64,000 nt of DNA from Lysobacterales bacterium (lineage in GTDB: Bacteria > Pseudomonadota > Gammaproteobacteria > Xanthomonadales > Marinicellaceae), in assembly GCA_026982315.1 (NCBI GenBank), contig JALSHI010000061.1, positions 19,018 through 83,017 of the forward strand. The letters are read 5' to 3'. This document shows, piece by piece, positions 11,220-20,248 of this stretch. The notes beneath the pieces were generated by a model, which ran no database searches, had not been told where the DNA came from, and saw only the letters and a list, made by a program, of their open reading frames with translations. A program made the translations under genes and the position numbers. Positions within the stretch are counted from its first letter, which is position 1; each line of letters begins with the position of its first letter.

Positions 11220-13102
11220 TGCGGCTTGGCCCCAGCATCTTTAGTATGTTCATGGCTGATAACATGCAGGCGATCAATAGGCAGCGTGGTGGTGATTTGT
11301 TCGTGCCCATCCGGCCAGACAACTCGTACACGATAACCCGCCGGATCTGGCTTTTTACCCAGGCCAAAAGTGACCACCGGTTCAGTTTGAGCCAGATAAC
11401 TGCGGGTCAGGCTCTGCAATACCGCTGGCCCCAATGTCTCGCCATCAGCATCCAGTAATTGTACCCGGGCGCCGATGGCATCCGGATTTCCCTGCGGCCC
11501 TTGCAGCCGCACCCTGAGCCAGTGACCTGTATCGCTTTGGTTGATGAACAATAAGGCAGGCCGATTCACCTGCGTCAAAACAATATCCAAATCGCCGTCC
11601 GCATCCACATCGCCATAAGCCGCGGCCCGTCCCACAACCTTCATATCCGTCAAATCGCCCGCTTTTTCCACCGCCACGAAGGTACGGGCGCAATCTGCGC
11701 CACAATTCCAGAACAACTGACTTTTTTGTGCGTAATGCTGGGCTGGCTGAACGCGATTAATTTCGTTTTCCACATGCCCGTTAGTCTGAAAAAAGTCAAG
11801 GCGGCCATCCAGGTCGTAATCAAAAAAGAACAAACCAAAACTGAGCGCATGGCGGCTTTTCGGCCCCACACCAATAATGACCGAATCGTCAGTAAAGAAA
11901 GGTTGCTGCTGGCGCTTCACATAAAACGACGTCATTTCGTTGGCGAAATTGCCAATGCTCAAAGCCAAATCGGCAGAATTTTGGAAATGGGACACATCCA
12001 GCCCCATGGCACCGGTGGCCTTGCCGCTGGCGTCATAAGCCACGCCATAGCGGTCACCGGCTTCGGTAAAGTGGCCATGGCCATCATTGACAAACAAAAA
12101 GTTACCGCTGGTATCATTGGCCACTGCCACATCCAGCCAGCCATCCTCGTTCACATCCAGAAACACCAGTGCCAGGCCCTTGCCTGCAGGCTGGCCCGTG
12201 GCTGGATTCAGCACTTTCAAGCCGGTTTTTTCCGTCACGTCAACAAACTGGCCATCGCGATTTTCAAACAGACAATTCCAGCTGCCGGGGAAATTGCTGG
12301 GCGGCCCATAAGCGCGGCCAATGCCGTCCAGGCGATAGTCAGCCATATAGTCCAAGTCCTTGTTCCATTGCACATAGTTCACCACGAACAAGTCCAGATC
12401 CCCGTCCCGGTCATAGTCAAAAAAGCCCGCCGAGGTGCTCCAGGCATCCTGCATGCAATCCAGCGACTGTTTTGACTGTTCAAAGTGGGTGCCATTGCGG
12501 TTAATAAATAACCGGTTTTTCCCCACCGCGGACACAAACAGGTCGCGCCAGCCGTCGCCATTCACATCACCCACAGCCACGCCGGTGCCATAAAAGGACT
12601 TGTCCAGCCCAAAACGCCCGGTGGCGTCACTGAAGTGGCCACTGCCGTCATTCAGAAACAACTTTTGCGTTGGCGGGGAGCTGGGCTGCGGATCCCACGG
12701 CCAGGCCATGCCATTGGTTAAAAACAGATCATCATCACCGTCATTGTCCACATCAACAAAGGCCACGCCACTGCCCATGGTTTCCGGCAGCATGCGCTCA
12801 CCGCGCGCGCCGTTATATTGGTGCATGTGGAGCCCCCGTGAAACCGATTGTTCACTAAACTGCGTGGCCGGCGGCGTCTTGGACAGGTTGCTGGCCTGCA
12901 AGGCTGCAGGCGCTTGAAACTGACTCTTTTCATGAACTGCATGCGCCTTAGAGTTGCGCTGCATTCCCCACCATAACAAGGCGGCTATGGCCATGACGAC
13001 CACTATAACCAGCAATGACCGCTTGAAAAAGATTTCTATCACCGCCTCTCCTTCTGGAATGGCGGTTTGTGGCTTGTTCTTGTCCGGTGAAGATGTATTC
13101 AT
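11216..13102 (-). CDS. CRTAC1-family protein: N-terminal TM anchor, FG-GAP/VCBS repeats, ASPIC/UnbV-like C-terminus
   Basis: Repeated Ca-binding loops are present (VDVDNDGDDDLF, GDVNGDGWRDLF, DYDRDGDLDLF, LDVNEDGWLDV, GDVDADGDLDIV). The C-terminal part is GARVQLLDADG...VVTFGLG. The TM anchor is LLVIVVVMAIAALLWW. Confidence 0.8.
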   Translation of the reverse strand: MNTSSPDKNKPQTAIPEGEAVIEIFFKRSLLVIVVVMAIAALLWWGMQRNSKAHAVHEKSQFQAPAALQASNLSKTPPATQFSEQSVSRGLHMHQYNGARGERMLPETMGSGVAFVDVDNDGDDDLFLTNGMAWPWDPQPSSPPTQKLFLNDGSGHFSDATGRFGLDKSFYGTGVAVGDVNGDGWRDLFVSAVGKNRLFINRNGTHFEQSKQSLDCMQDAWSTSAGFFDYDRDGDLDLFVVNYVQWNKDLDYMADYRLDGIGRAYGPPSNFPGSWNCLFENRDGQFVDVTEKTGLKVLNPATGQPAGKGLALVFLDVNEDGWLDVAVANDTSGNFLFVNDGHGHFTEAGDRYGVAYDASGKATGAMGLDVSHFQNSADLALSIGNFANEMTSFYVKRQQQPFFTDDSVIIGVGPKSRHALSFGLFFFDYDLDGRLDFFQTNGHVENEINRVQPAQHYAQKSQLFWNCGADCARTFVAVEKAGDLTDMKVVGRAAAYGDVDADGDLDIVLTQVNRPALLFINQSDTGHWLRVRLQGPQGNPDAIGARVQLLDADGETLGPAVLQSLTRSYLAQTEPVVTFGLGKKPDPAGYRVRVVWPDGHEQITTTLPIDRLHVISHEHTKDAGAKPQ

Positions 13103-15951
13103 GGTTTTTCAACCTGCTTTACAGATAAAGGCGAATCAGTGGAAGCAAGCCCACTAGCCTGTTGCCCCAGGTATTCTTTAAAAGTATCCACAGGTTGCCA
13201 CCGACCCGCGCTCGATAATGTGTAAATGGCAATGGGATTGGCGGCATGGTCAGCGGCTGGATCCTTGCTGCGGGCCAAAGCAATGGCGCGATCGCGGGCA
13301 TTATCATCCAGCTTGTACTTTTGGTGCAAGGCCCGGTGTTTGTCCGCCTTGTTCATATCGCCCATTGCCGCGTAAACCTGGGCCAGCCCGTAATGGGCGT
13401 CCGGCCATTCCAGGTTCATGCTTAACACTTGCTGATACAGCTGCCGTGATTTTTCCAGGGCCTGTTGTCGGGATTCTCCGTGGAGTGTTTTGCTGTGCTG
13501 AAATACCGCTTCTGCAAAGCGTGTCACGAATGCATAGTCTTTTGAGAAGTCAAAGTCCGCGGTTTGTGCCGCTGCATAATTGCTCTGATAAATGCGGTTG
13601 AAATCTGCCACCGTTTTTTCCAGAAAACCACTCTGCCAGTCAATCAATCCGGAGAAAAAGTCCAACTGCCATGGCCAGGGATGATCCGCTTTGGCGGCAG
13701 AAACCAGCGCTGCGGCGGTCTCCTGCAAGCGGCCCTGCTGAAAATAGCTGCGCACCAAATTCACCCAGGCCAAAGGATATCCGCTTGCAGCCAGTGGTTG
13801 CAATACTTCCTCGGCCTGCCGGTAAGCACCGCTGCGCATGGCGCCAATGGCATAATCATTCCAGCGAGTCCATTGTTGTGAGTCAACGACCGAGGCTGGG
13901 TTGACATGTTCCTGACTGGCACCATTTTCATCAATGCGCAAAAGCAGGCTGTCCCGGTCCAGCGTGACAATGGGCAAATCATTAATTTTGTCTGGCTCAT
14001 TCATGAACAGCCGATAGTAGTTGGTGTCGAATTTGCGGTAATGCAAAGCGGCTTCAATCCTGAATTGGCCGCGGGCATCCTCAGGCACTTCAATGGCGTA
14101 ATGCACCAATGCCGCGGCCCCTGGCGGTATCTGATGGTTATAAAGCACGGTGAATATGTCTTCGACATTGCGCCGATCGATGCGGTTGCCGTCGCGATCA
14201 ATCACATAGGCATTGACCTTGTAAGCCCAATCATCCAGAACGCCATTTTCATCCACACCACCATTAATCGCCACCAGTTTGTCGTTGTGATACAAGCGGA
14301 CTTCCAGCCAGATCTGGTTGGAGTCGGCTGTTCCCTCGGTGAACCAGTGTCCCGGTGTCCGGGTGCGTAAGACTGTTTCCAGCAGGTATTTTTTACCTGG
14401 CTGCACCGTCAATTGTTTACGCTGCTCGTCTTTTTCTTCAGTCACCACAAGCGGATCGGTTAATTTGCCACCTGCGCGCAATGCGAATAAATCCACGGTC
14501 ACCGCATGCGTCAACATATCCCTGCCGGGTTCCTTCTCCAGCCCGGCGATGTGACGCACGGCATCATTGGCGGCCGTAAACCAGTGGCTGTGTATTCTCG
14601 GCGTTTCATCCAACGCATCACTAAAAGCGCCGAAATCGGCTGAGGGCTGCTCGGGCATATGGCACTGGGCACAATTCTGCTTGGCCATCTTGGGATAATA
14701 AAAACTGTTCACTGCATGCCCGGATACACCACTGAGAAAGAAGCTGTCATAGTGATCTTGCCCCCGCATCCAGTGGTAACCATTCAACTCAACCGGCAAA
14801 CCCACCTTGTGGCATCCACTGCAAAATTCGGCCGTTTTATGCACAGGCTTCAAATAGGTTTCCTTATGTAACTGCGGCTTGGCTTTAATCAGGGTTTTTC
14901 CCACCCAGGCCAAAGCCGGTGATTCGCTTTTACTGAACGGATAAACGGCTGGCGGCACCAGTGTGAATCCGCCATTGCCCTTGATGGTATGCACTGCAGC
15001 AATGGCATGGCAGGTGGTACAAGTCACACCGGCCTGGCCGATTTGCGTGGTTTCAAAACGCGCCTGAGGATCATCAAACTGACCGCTGAAAAGAATCACC
15101 GGATCATGACAGGCAGCGCAAAAGCGTGCGGCTTTGACATTGCCATCCCGCTTTAATAAAAACTCCCGGGTGTTATTGACTGCAAAGGTATAGGCCGGGT
15201 TGTTAAAACTGGACAGGTGATGGACACTATTTTCCCAGCCGGCATGCGCATCCTGGTGGCATTCCTGGCAAAAGTCCGAGTCATTCAGAACCGAGGCAGG
15301 AATGTACGCATCATTGGCCGTTTTGCTAAGCGCCGGATAAAACTTATCAGAAAACTCAACACCATCATCAGTCAATGCAGGCAGCGGCTTGGATAACCAC
15401 AAAAACAAGGCCGTCAACACCACAGCGGCCAAGATACTCCACTGCCCCGGCTTCCAGTTAATGCGGCGGCCCGCCAGACGGTGCATGATAAAAAGCCAGA
15501 TGACCGCCAGGGTCAGAATCACATGAAGCCAATAAGCCAGGCTTCTCATTTGTGGGTGCTTGAGCTCCAGATAAGGCACACCACGGGTTAACAACAATCC
15601 GGTCAACAACACCACAATGGCGGAAAAAAACAGCGCCAACCCGGCTTGAATTGCCCGCCGGTTGGGGCGATGACGGGCATTCCGGTAGTGGATGACTCCA
15701 TAAACAATAACGGGCACCACGAGTAAAAGGCCAATGAGCAAGTGGAACAAAAACATGCTCAAATAGACCGTGTTTTGCCAGGATTCACCGGTCAGGCGCT
15801 CCAGCACTCGCACCGCCAGCAAATAAATGGAGTTGATCGAAATCAGGGCAAACAGGGCAAAAACCACCCATAGTAACTGCTTCAGGCGGGGACCCACCAC
15901 GGCCCGGGCGCGAGTGGTTGCCGATTTGTTTTCTGCTGGCTTACCGACCAT
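13099..15951 (-). CDS. Membrane-anchored multihaem (5x CxxCH) c-type cytochrome with a C-terminal TPR-like region
   Basis: Five predicted TM helices span about residues 24-187. There are five CxxCH motifs (CQECH, CAACH, CTTCH, CSGCH, CAQCH) at residues 228-431 by my count, which is nt 14659-15270. The helical TPR-like tail contains YGLAQVYAAMGDMNKA. The ATG is at 15949-15951, and an ATGA overlap joins it to the next gene. Confidence 0.85.
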   Translation of the reverse strand: MVGKPAENKSATTRARAVVGPRLKQLLWVVFALFALISINSIYLLAVRVLERLTGESWQNTVYLSMFLFHLLIGLLLVVPVIVYGVIHYRNARHRPNRRAIQAGLALFFSAIVVLLTGLLLTRGVPYLELKHPQMRSLAYWLHVILTLAVIWLFIMHRLAGRRINWKPGQWSILAAVVLTALFLWLSKPLPALTDDGVEFSDKFYPALSKTANDAYIPASVLNDSDFCQECHQDAHAGWENSVHHLSSFNNPAYTFAVNNTREFLLKRDGNVKAARFCAACHDPVILFSGQFDDPQARFETTQIGQAGVTCTTCHAIAAVHTIKGNGGFTLVPPAVYPFSKSESPALAWVGKTLIKAKPQLHKETYLKPVHKTAEFCSGCHKVGLPVELNGYHWMRGQDHYDSFFLSGVSGHAVNSFYYPKMAKQNCAQCHMPEQPSADFGAFSDALDETPRIHSHWFTAANDAVRHIAGLEKEPGRDMLTHAVTVDLFALRAGGKLTDPLVVTEEKDEQRKQLTVQPGKKYLLETVLRTRTPGHWFTEGTADSNQIWLEVRLYHNDKLVAINGGVDENGVLDDWAYKVNAYVIDRDGNRIDRRNVEDIFTVLYNHQIPPGAAALVHYAIEVPEDARGQFRIEAALHYRKFDTNYYRLFMNEPDKINDLPIVTLDRDSLLLRIDENGASQEHVNPASVVDSQQWTRWNDYAIGAMRSGAYRQAEEVLQPLAASGYPLAWVNLVRSYFQQGRLQETAAALVSAAKADHPWPWQLDFFSGLIDWQSGFLEKTVADFNRIYQSNYAAAQTADFDFSKDYAFVTRFAEAVFQHSKTLHGESRQQALEKSRQLYQQVLSMNLEWPDAHYGLAQVYAAMGDMNKADKHRALHQKYKLDDNARDRAIALARSKDPAADHAANPIAIYTLSSAGRWQPVDTFKEYLGQQASGLASTDSPLSVKQVEKP

Positions 15952-18900
15952 GCCGATACCTCACGTTATATTTCTGATTGAGTGCCTTCGCGGTCTCATC
16001 AACGGGGCCTTGTTGGGGAATCGGCGCCAGGGTTTCCCCGTCTTTGGTCATTAAATCCATGTCCTTGGCCCAGCCTGTAAATTTCATGACAAAATAGCGA
16101 TTCCAGCCGGGCATCAATTCAGGCAAGTTGTTATCAAATGTCATTTCAATGGCCTCACCCGGGCCAATAATGGCCAGCGCATTATCGGTTTTTTCTACCA
16201 AAGGCTTGACATTACCCAGTACCGAATAGTTGCCTTGCATATAGCGCGTGTCCCAAAACGGCTGGCGCCGGGAATAATCATAATCCGGGCGGCGTTGGGG
16301 GCCATCTGTGCGCTGGGGGAAACCCGGCTTGAATAACCGGGCTGAAACCAGCGGCAAGGCGTGCATGTCAACGGCAGGCGGCGTTTCCCGTTTAACCAGA
16401 GCCAGCTCATCCAGATACAACTCCTGATTGCTGCGGATGCGGATTTTTTTCGCGCCGCTCACCGCCTGCCCCAAAGGGATGCTGGCCAGCCGCGGCATAC
16501 CGGCCGGGTAGCCGGCCTCTGCCACCACAGGCTGCCAGCGGCCATTGCGCCACACATCCACACTGGGTGGTTGCCAGCGCAAACCCGCCTGCCAGGCGGC
16601 AAAGCCGGTTTGGGAATAACCATATTCCACCCAGCCGCGCATGAGCAACACCCAGTCGCCGTCAGGGATATGGTCAAACCGCAGGGTAAGCGTCTGCTCG
16701 CCATCGGCAAAGCCCATAAAGCGCTTATCCAGTGCCGCCGGTTCAATCGCATGATTGTCCGCATACAGCCCCGCAGCGGTCACATCTGCGCCATCTTGCC
16801 TGGTTATGGTCGACGGATTGATCCGTTGACGATAGAAAACCGGTTCGCCAGTGACCTCTGGCAACCCTGTTTGCATGCGTTCATCCAAAAGCACCTGCCA
16901 ACCAGGCGGCACATCGAGCACTTCCACCTGCACAGAGTCCAGATAAGCGGCTTCTTCCATGGGCTCGGTAAACAAAAGGGAATACCCGCTCTCATCAGCC
17001 GTCCAGCGGTGACCTGGGACCAGATAGTTTTCCCATGGCCGCGGCTCTGCATAAAGGTCTTTGCCGATGGCAAAACCCATGCCGCCCACACCCAGAACGT
17101 CGCTTTCAAACTGGTATTCTCCATCCCGCTTGAGAAAAATCACCGGACAGGATGAGAGTTGCCGCTGGGTTTCGGCAATCCGCACATACCGGCCCGTGGG
17201 CAGATTTTGCTCTGTTTGATAGACGCCATCGGGCCATTCGATAGCGATAAAGTCCAGTTGTTTGGCACCACAAGCGGCGGAAACCGCTTGATAGTTCTGC
17301 CCCGTTCCCAAGCCATTGAACCAGGTGGTGCCGGTACTGGCGCAATCGCCAGCAAAAACCGTGTATTTGACACCAATACCGGATTTGTTGGAGCGCACCG
17401 AATTGGCCTTGTCTTCGGCACCAGTAAACGCCAGCAGCGCAAAGGGTGCCCGATTGGCCGTGGCTCCCAGGCGCATCCAGTGGGAGCCGGTGTAAAATAA
17501 CAGTTCCGGCCCTTGCTGGGTACGCCATATCAAGGGCGGAAATGTTGCAGAGAACCCGTCAAGGGTATGTTTTTCTAATGGCTCGCCTGTTGGCGATGCC
17601 AGAACCCGTATTTCATCAGAAAAAAACAGCAATACATCCTTGCTCCCGTCGCCACTGATATCCACTGCGGCCAGCATTCGGGGGGTCGCATTCAGCCGGC
17701 GAAACCTTTCAATAGGCTGGAGGCGTTTTTCAGCAGGGTTCCAGGCCCAGTGACTCATACCCTTGTCATGGCTTATCAACCAGTCGGGGATGCCATCATT
17801 ATCCAGATCCGCCACCGCCAGTGATACAGGCGGCTTGTCCAGCTTGAGTGTATGCAATCGATAATGCCACATACGATCATTACGAAGCCAGCTGATACCG
17901 TCGCGCTGGCGCAAGATAATATCCACATCCCGGTCGGCATCCACGTCCGCCAGCAATATTTGCTCTACCTGGGAAAGTTCAGGGATGGCTTTTTCGGCAT
18001 TCAACACACGCCAACTGCCATCCAGGTTATTGTTCCAGAGCTCAAAGCCACCGGCCATGGTTACCGCCAGAATGTCCAGATCGCCATCATGGTCAGCATC
18101 CGCGAGGCGAACATTGCGCCAGGCCGGACCACCCAGACCAAACTTGTCATCGCCAGCCAGTGTAAATTGACCTTGTTGATTCCGCCATAACTGACTGGAT
18201 GCGCCAGCCAGAACCACATCCAGCTGGCCATCATTGTCTACATCCCCCCAGGCCATGGCGCGAAAACCGGATGTATCTGGCAACTGAATCAACCGTTCGG
18301 CTCTGGACGAGCCGGAATGCGAGGTGGGCCGGGAAACATTTGCTGCTGGCAAGGGCCGCAAGTAAACCCCGTTAGGCCGCAACGTGGCCAACCCTGTCTG
18401 CCCATTGTGCTGCAAATCCACCAAATTGGCGGTAATTGCTGGCTGAACAGACTTCGCAAACAGTGTTGCCGGCTCAGTAAAAAACGGCGCTTTCAATGGC
18501 TGTTTATTGGGCTGTGCCCCAGAAGGTGCCCCGTGAATGATGGTTTTTACTTCCGCCTTTGGGCCCATGCGGGTATATTTGATTTCCGCCAAACGGCTTT
18601 GTGGATTGGCCTGCAATTTCTGATAATCCGCCAGCATTTTTTCAGCCAGTGGCAACTGCCCCAGTTGCTGGGCAGTCATAAAAGCGCTGTAATAGGCGCT
18701 GCGTAAATAGCCATCCGCGCGCACAGCCTGTTGAAACCGGGCCAAGGCGGCATCCGGTTGTCCTTGCTGCAACAAACATTGCCCGGAAAAGTACAAGGCG
18801 TAGGCATCATTCGGGTCAGCCTGTACCACCTGTTCAAAATGAGGCAATGCCGCATCACAACGACCGGCATTCAAGTGCAGCAAGCCTGCGATATAGCGGG

Positions 18901-19294
18901 CCTGGATTTCATCAGAATCCCTTTTGGCCAGTCCTTCAGCCAGTTGCAGGGCTTTTTCTTCATCGCCCTCGTGCTGGCGGTTTAGCAAGGCAATCAAGTG
19001 ATTGAGCTGGAACAGCCGGTTATCAGGGCGCTGCTGCAATAACTCCGCAAAGGTTTTTTCCGCCTTGGCATATTCAAAACGCCCCATTTCCGCCACTCCG
19101 CGGTTATTCAGGGTCACCAAGGCGGGTGGAATGACCGGCGCATTATTGTGCCCGGCTCGGTCTCCAGAACGGTCGGTTTCTGGCTCATTATTTGTATTTT
19201 GACACGCGCTCAGCGCACCAAGCGCCAGTCCAAAAAAAACGCATCGCACCAGGCAAGAAAAACGAACACCCACGTGGCGAAAAGTCAGCTTCAT
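15941..19294 (-). CDS. Large lipoprotein: TPR region, FG-GAP/VCBS repeats, ASPIC/UnbV-like segment, and an unassigned C-terminal region of about 400 aa
   Basis: The signal peptide ends in the lipobox ALSAC. TPR-like helices cover about residues 60-235. FG-GAP loops are GDVDNDGQLDV, ADADHDGDLDI, ADVDADRDVDI, ADLDNDGIPDW and VDISGDGSKDV. An ASPIC-like segment reads SNKSGIGVKYTVF...IAIEWPDG. Confidence 0.8.
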   Translation of the reverse strand: MKLTFRHVGVRFSCLVRCVFFGLALGALSACQNTNNEPETDRSGDRAGHNNAPVIPPALVTLNNRGVAEMGRFEYAKAEKTFAELLQQRPDNRLFQLNHLIALLNRQHEGDEEKALQLAEGLAKRDSDEIQARYIAGLLHLNAGRCDAALPHFEQVVQADPNDAYALYFSGQCLLQQGQPDAALARFQQAVRADGYLRSAYYSAFMTAQQLGQLPLAEKMLADYQKLQANPQSRLAEIKYTRMGPKAEVKTIIHGAPSGAQPNKQPLKAPFFTEPATLFAKSVQPAITANLVDLQHNGQTGLATLRPNGVYLRPLPAANVSRPTSHSGSSRAERLIQLPDTSGFRAMAWGDVDNDGQLDVVLAGASSQLWRNQQGQFTLAGDDKFGLGGPAWRNVRLADADHDGDLDILAVTMAGGFELWNNNLDGSWRVLNAEKAIPELSQVEQILLADVDADRDVDIILRQRDGISWLRNDRMWHYRLHTLKLDKPPVSLAVADLDNDGIPDWLISHDKGMSHWAWNPAEKRLQPIERFRRLNATPRMLAAVDISGDGSKDVLLFFSDEIRVLASPTGEPLEKHTLDGFSATFPPLIWRTQQGPELLFYTGSHWMRLGATANRAPFALLAFTGAEDKANSVRSNKSGIGVKYTVFAGDCASTGTTWFNGLGTGQNYQAVSAACGAKQLDFIAIEWPDGVYQTEQNLPTGRYVRIAETQRQLSSCPVIFLKRDGEYQFESDVLGVGGMGFAIGKDLYAEPRPWENYLVPGHRWTADESGYSLLFTEPMEEAAYLDSVQVEVLDVPPGWQVLLDERMQTGLPEVTGEPVFYRQRINPSTITRQDGADVTAAGLYADNHAIEPAALDKRFMGFADGEQTLTLRFDHIPDGDWVLLMRGWVEYGYSQTGFAAWQAGLRWQPPSVDVWRNGRWQPVVAEAGYPAGMPRLASIPLGQAVSGAKKIRIRSNQELYLDELALVKRETPPAVDMHALPLVSARLFKPGFPQRTDGPQRRPDYDYSRRQPFWDTRYMQGNYSVLGNVKPLVEKTDNALAIIGPGEAIEMTFDNNLPELMPGWNRYFVMKFTGWAKDMDLMTKDGETLAPIPQQGPVDETAKALNQKYNVRYRHGR

Positions 19295-19324
19295 AGCTCT
19301 GGCCTACATGAACAAGTCATTAGA

Positions 19325-20248
19325 TTAAACCGAGTTATTGTAACAGTTCGGACGATTATGCTGAGCCATACAATGCCCTTTCCGCCGCTGTCTCTCATAA
19401 TGTAGAGCCGCAAGATCAATGGGCGCCACCACGATGCGCTCGCCCGGCCCCGGTTCGGCCTGAGCCATTATGCGCCCATCAAAGTCAACCACCATGGAGC
19501 CCCCTGGCCAACTAAAGGGAGGAAATCGCTCACGCGTGGCGCCTTGGTTACTGGCCACCACATACACCGTGTTTTCCAGCGCCCGGGTACGGTTAACCAG
19601 CGGCCACCAATTCATGGGTTCGGCACTGCCCCAGGGGTCCATATAAGCCGAAACACGGCAGATAACATCGGCCTGTTGATAAGCAATCGCCTGAATGCAC
19701 TGAGGGAACAGCCAGTCATAGCAAATGGCCACCCCCAGGCGGCCAATGGCTGTATCGGCCACCGGAAACAGAGGTTCCTCGTAACCGGCAATGTCCGCCG
19801 GTGAGCTGTGGACTTCCCAGGGCTGCCACGGATTCACCTTGCGATAGCGGCTCAGGACGCCTTCAGGCCCAATGAGCAAAGTGCTGTTAAACACATGCCC
19901 CGGATAACGGGGATCCTTCTCCAGAAAGGTGCCTGTCTGCAAATAGACATTCAGATCCCGGGCCACTTCCAGATACGGATTGAGAAAATCACCAGACAGC
20001 TCGACGGCCAGTTTGTCATACAGGCTTTTGGCGTCGGGATACACCGGCGCCTGATGCGCAAACTCAGGAAAAACCAGCAAGCGAATATCGAAAACCGGCG
20101 CATATGCCTCCACAGTCTGGCGCGCCAGCTCCGCCAACCGCCGACAGCGAGCCGGTAGCTCCCTCAGCTTGTCCAGCGCCGGCAAATCAGTCTGAATGGC
20201 GGCCGCGTAATAGCGCTTAAACACCGGAGATAACAGCCGGCTTTCCAC
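19325..20248 (-). CDS. Carbon-nitrogen hydrolase (nitrilase superfamily), aliphatic amidase/formamidase-like
   Basis: A Glu-Lys-Cys triad context is present: LVFPEF, YRKVNPW, VAICYDWLFP. The track start is GTG at 20248 and overlaps the upstream gene by 32 nt. An in-frame GTG at 20222-20224 would remove the overlap. Confidence 0.75.
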   Translation of the reverse strand: MESRLLSPVFKRYYAAAIQTDLPALDKLRELPARCRRLAELARQTVEAYAPVFDIRLLVFPEFAHQAPVYPDAKSLYDKLAVELSGDFLNPYLEVARDLNVYLQTGTFLEKDPRYPGHVFNSTLLIGPEGVLSRYRKVNPWQPWEVHSSPADIAGYEEPLFPVADTAIGRLGVAICYDWLFPQCIQAIAYQQADVICRVSAYMDPWGSAEPMNWWPLVNRTRALENTVYVVASNQGATRERFPPFSWPGGSMVVDFDGRIMAQAEPGPGERIVVAPIDLAALHYERQRRKGHCMAQHNRPNCYNNSV

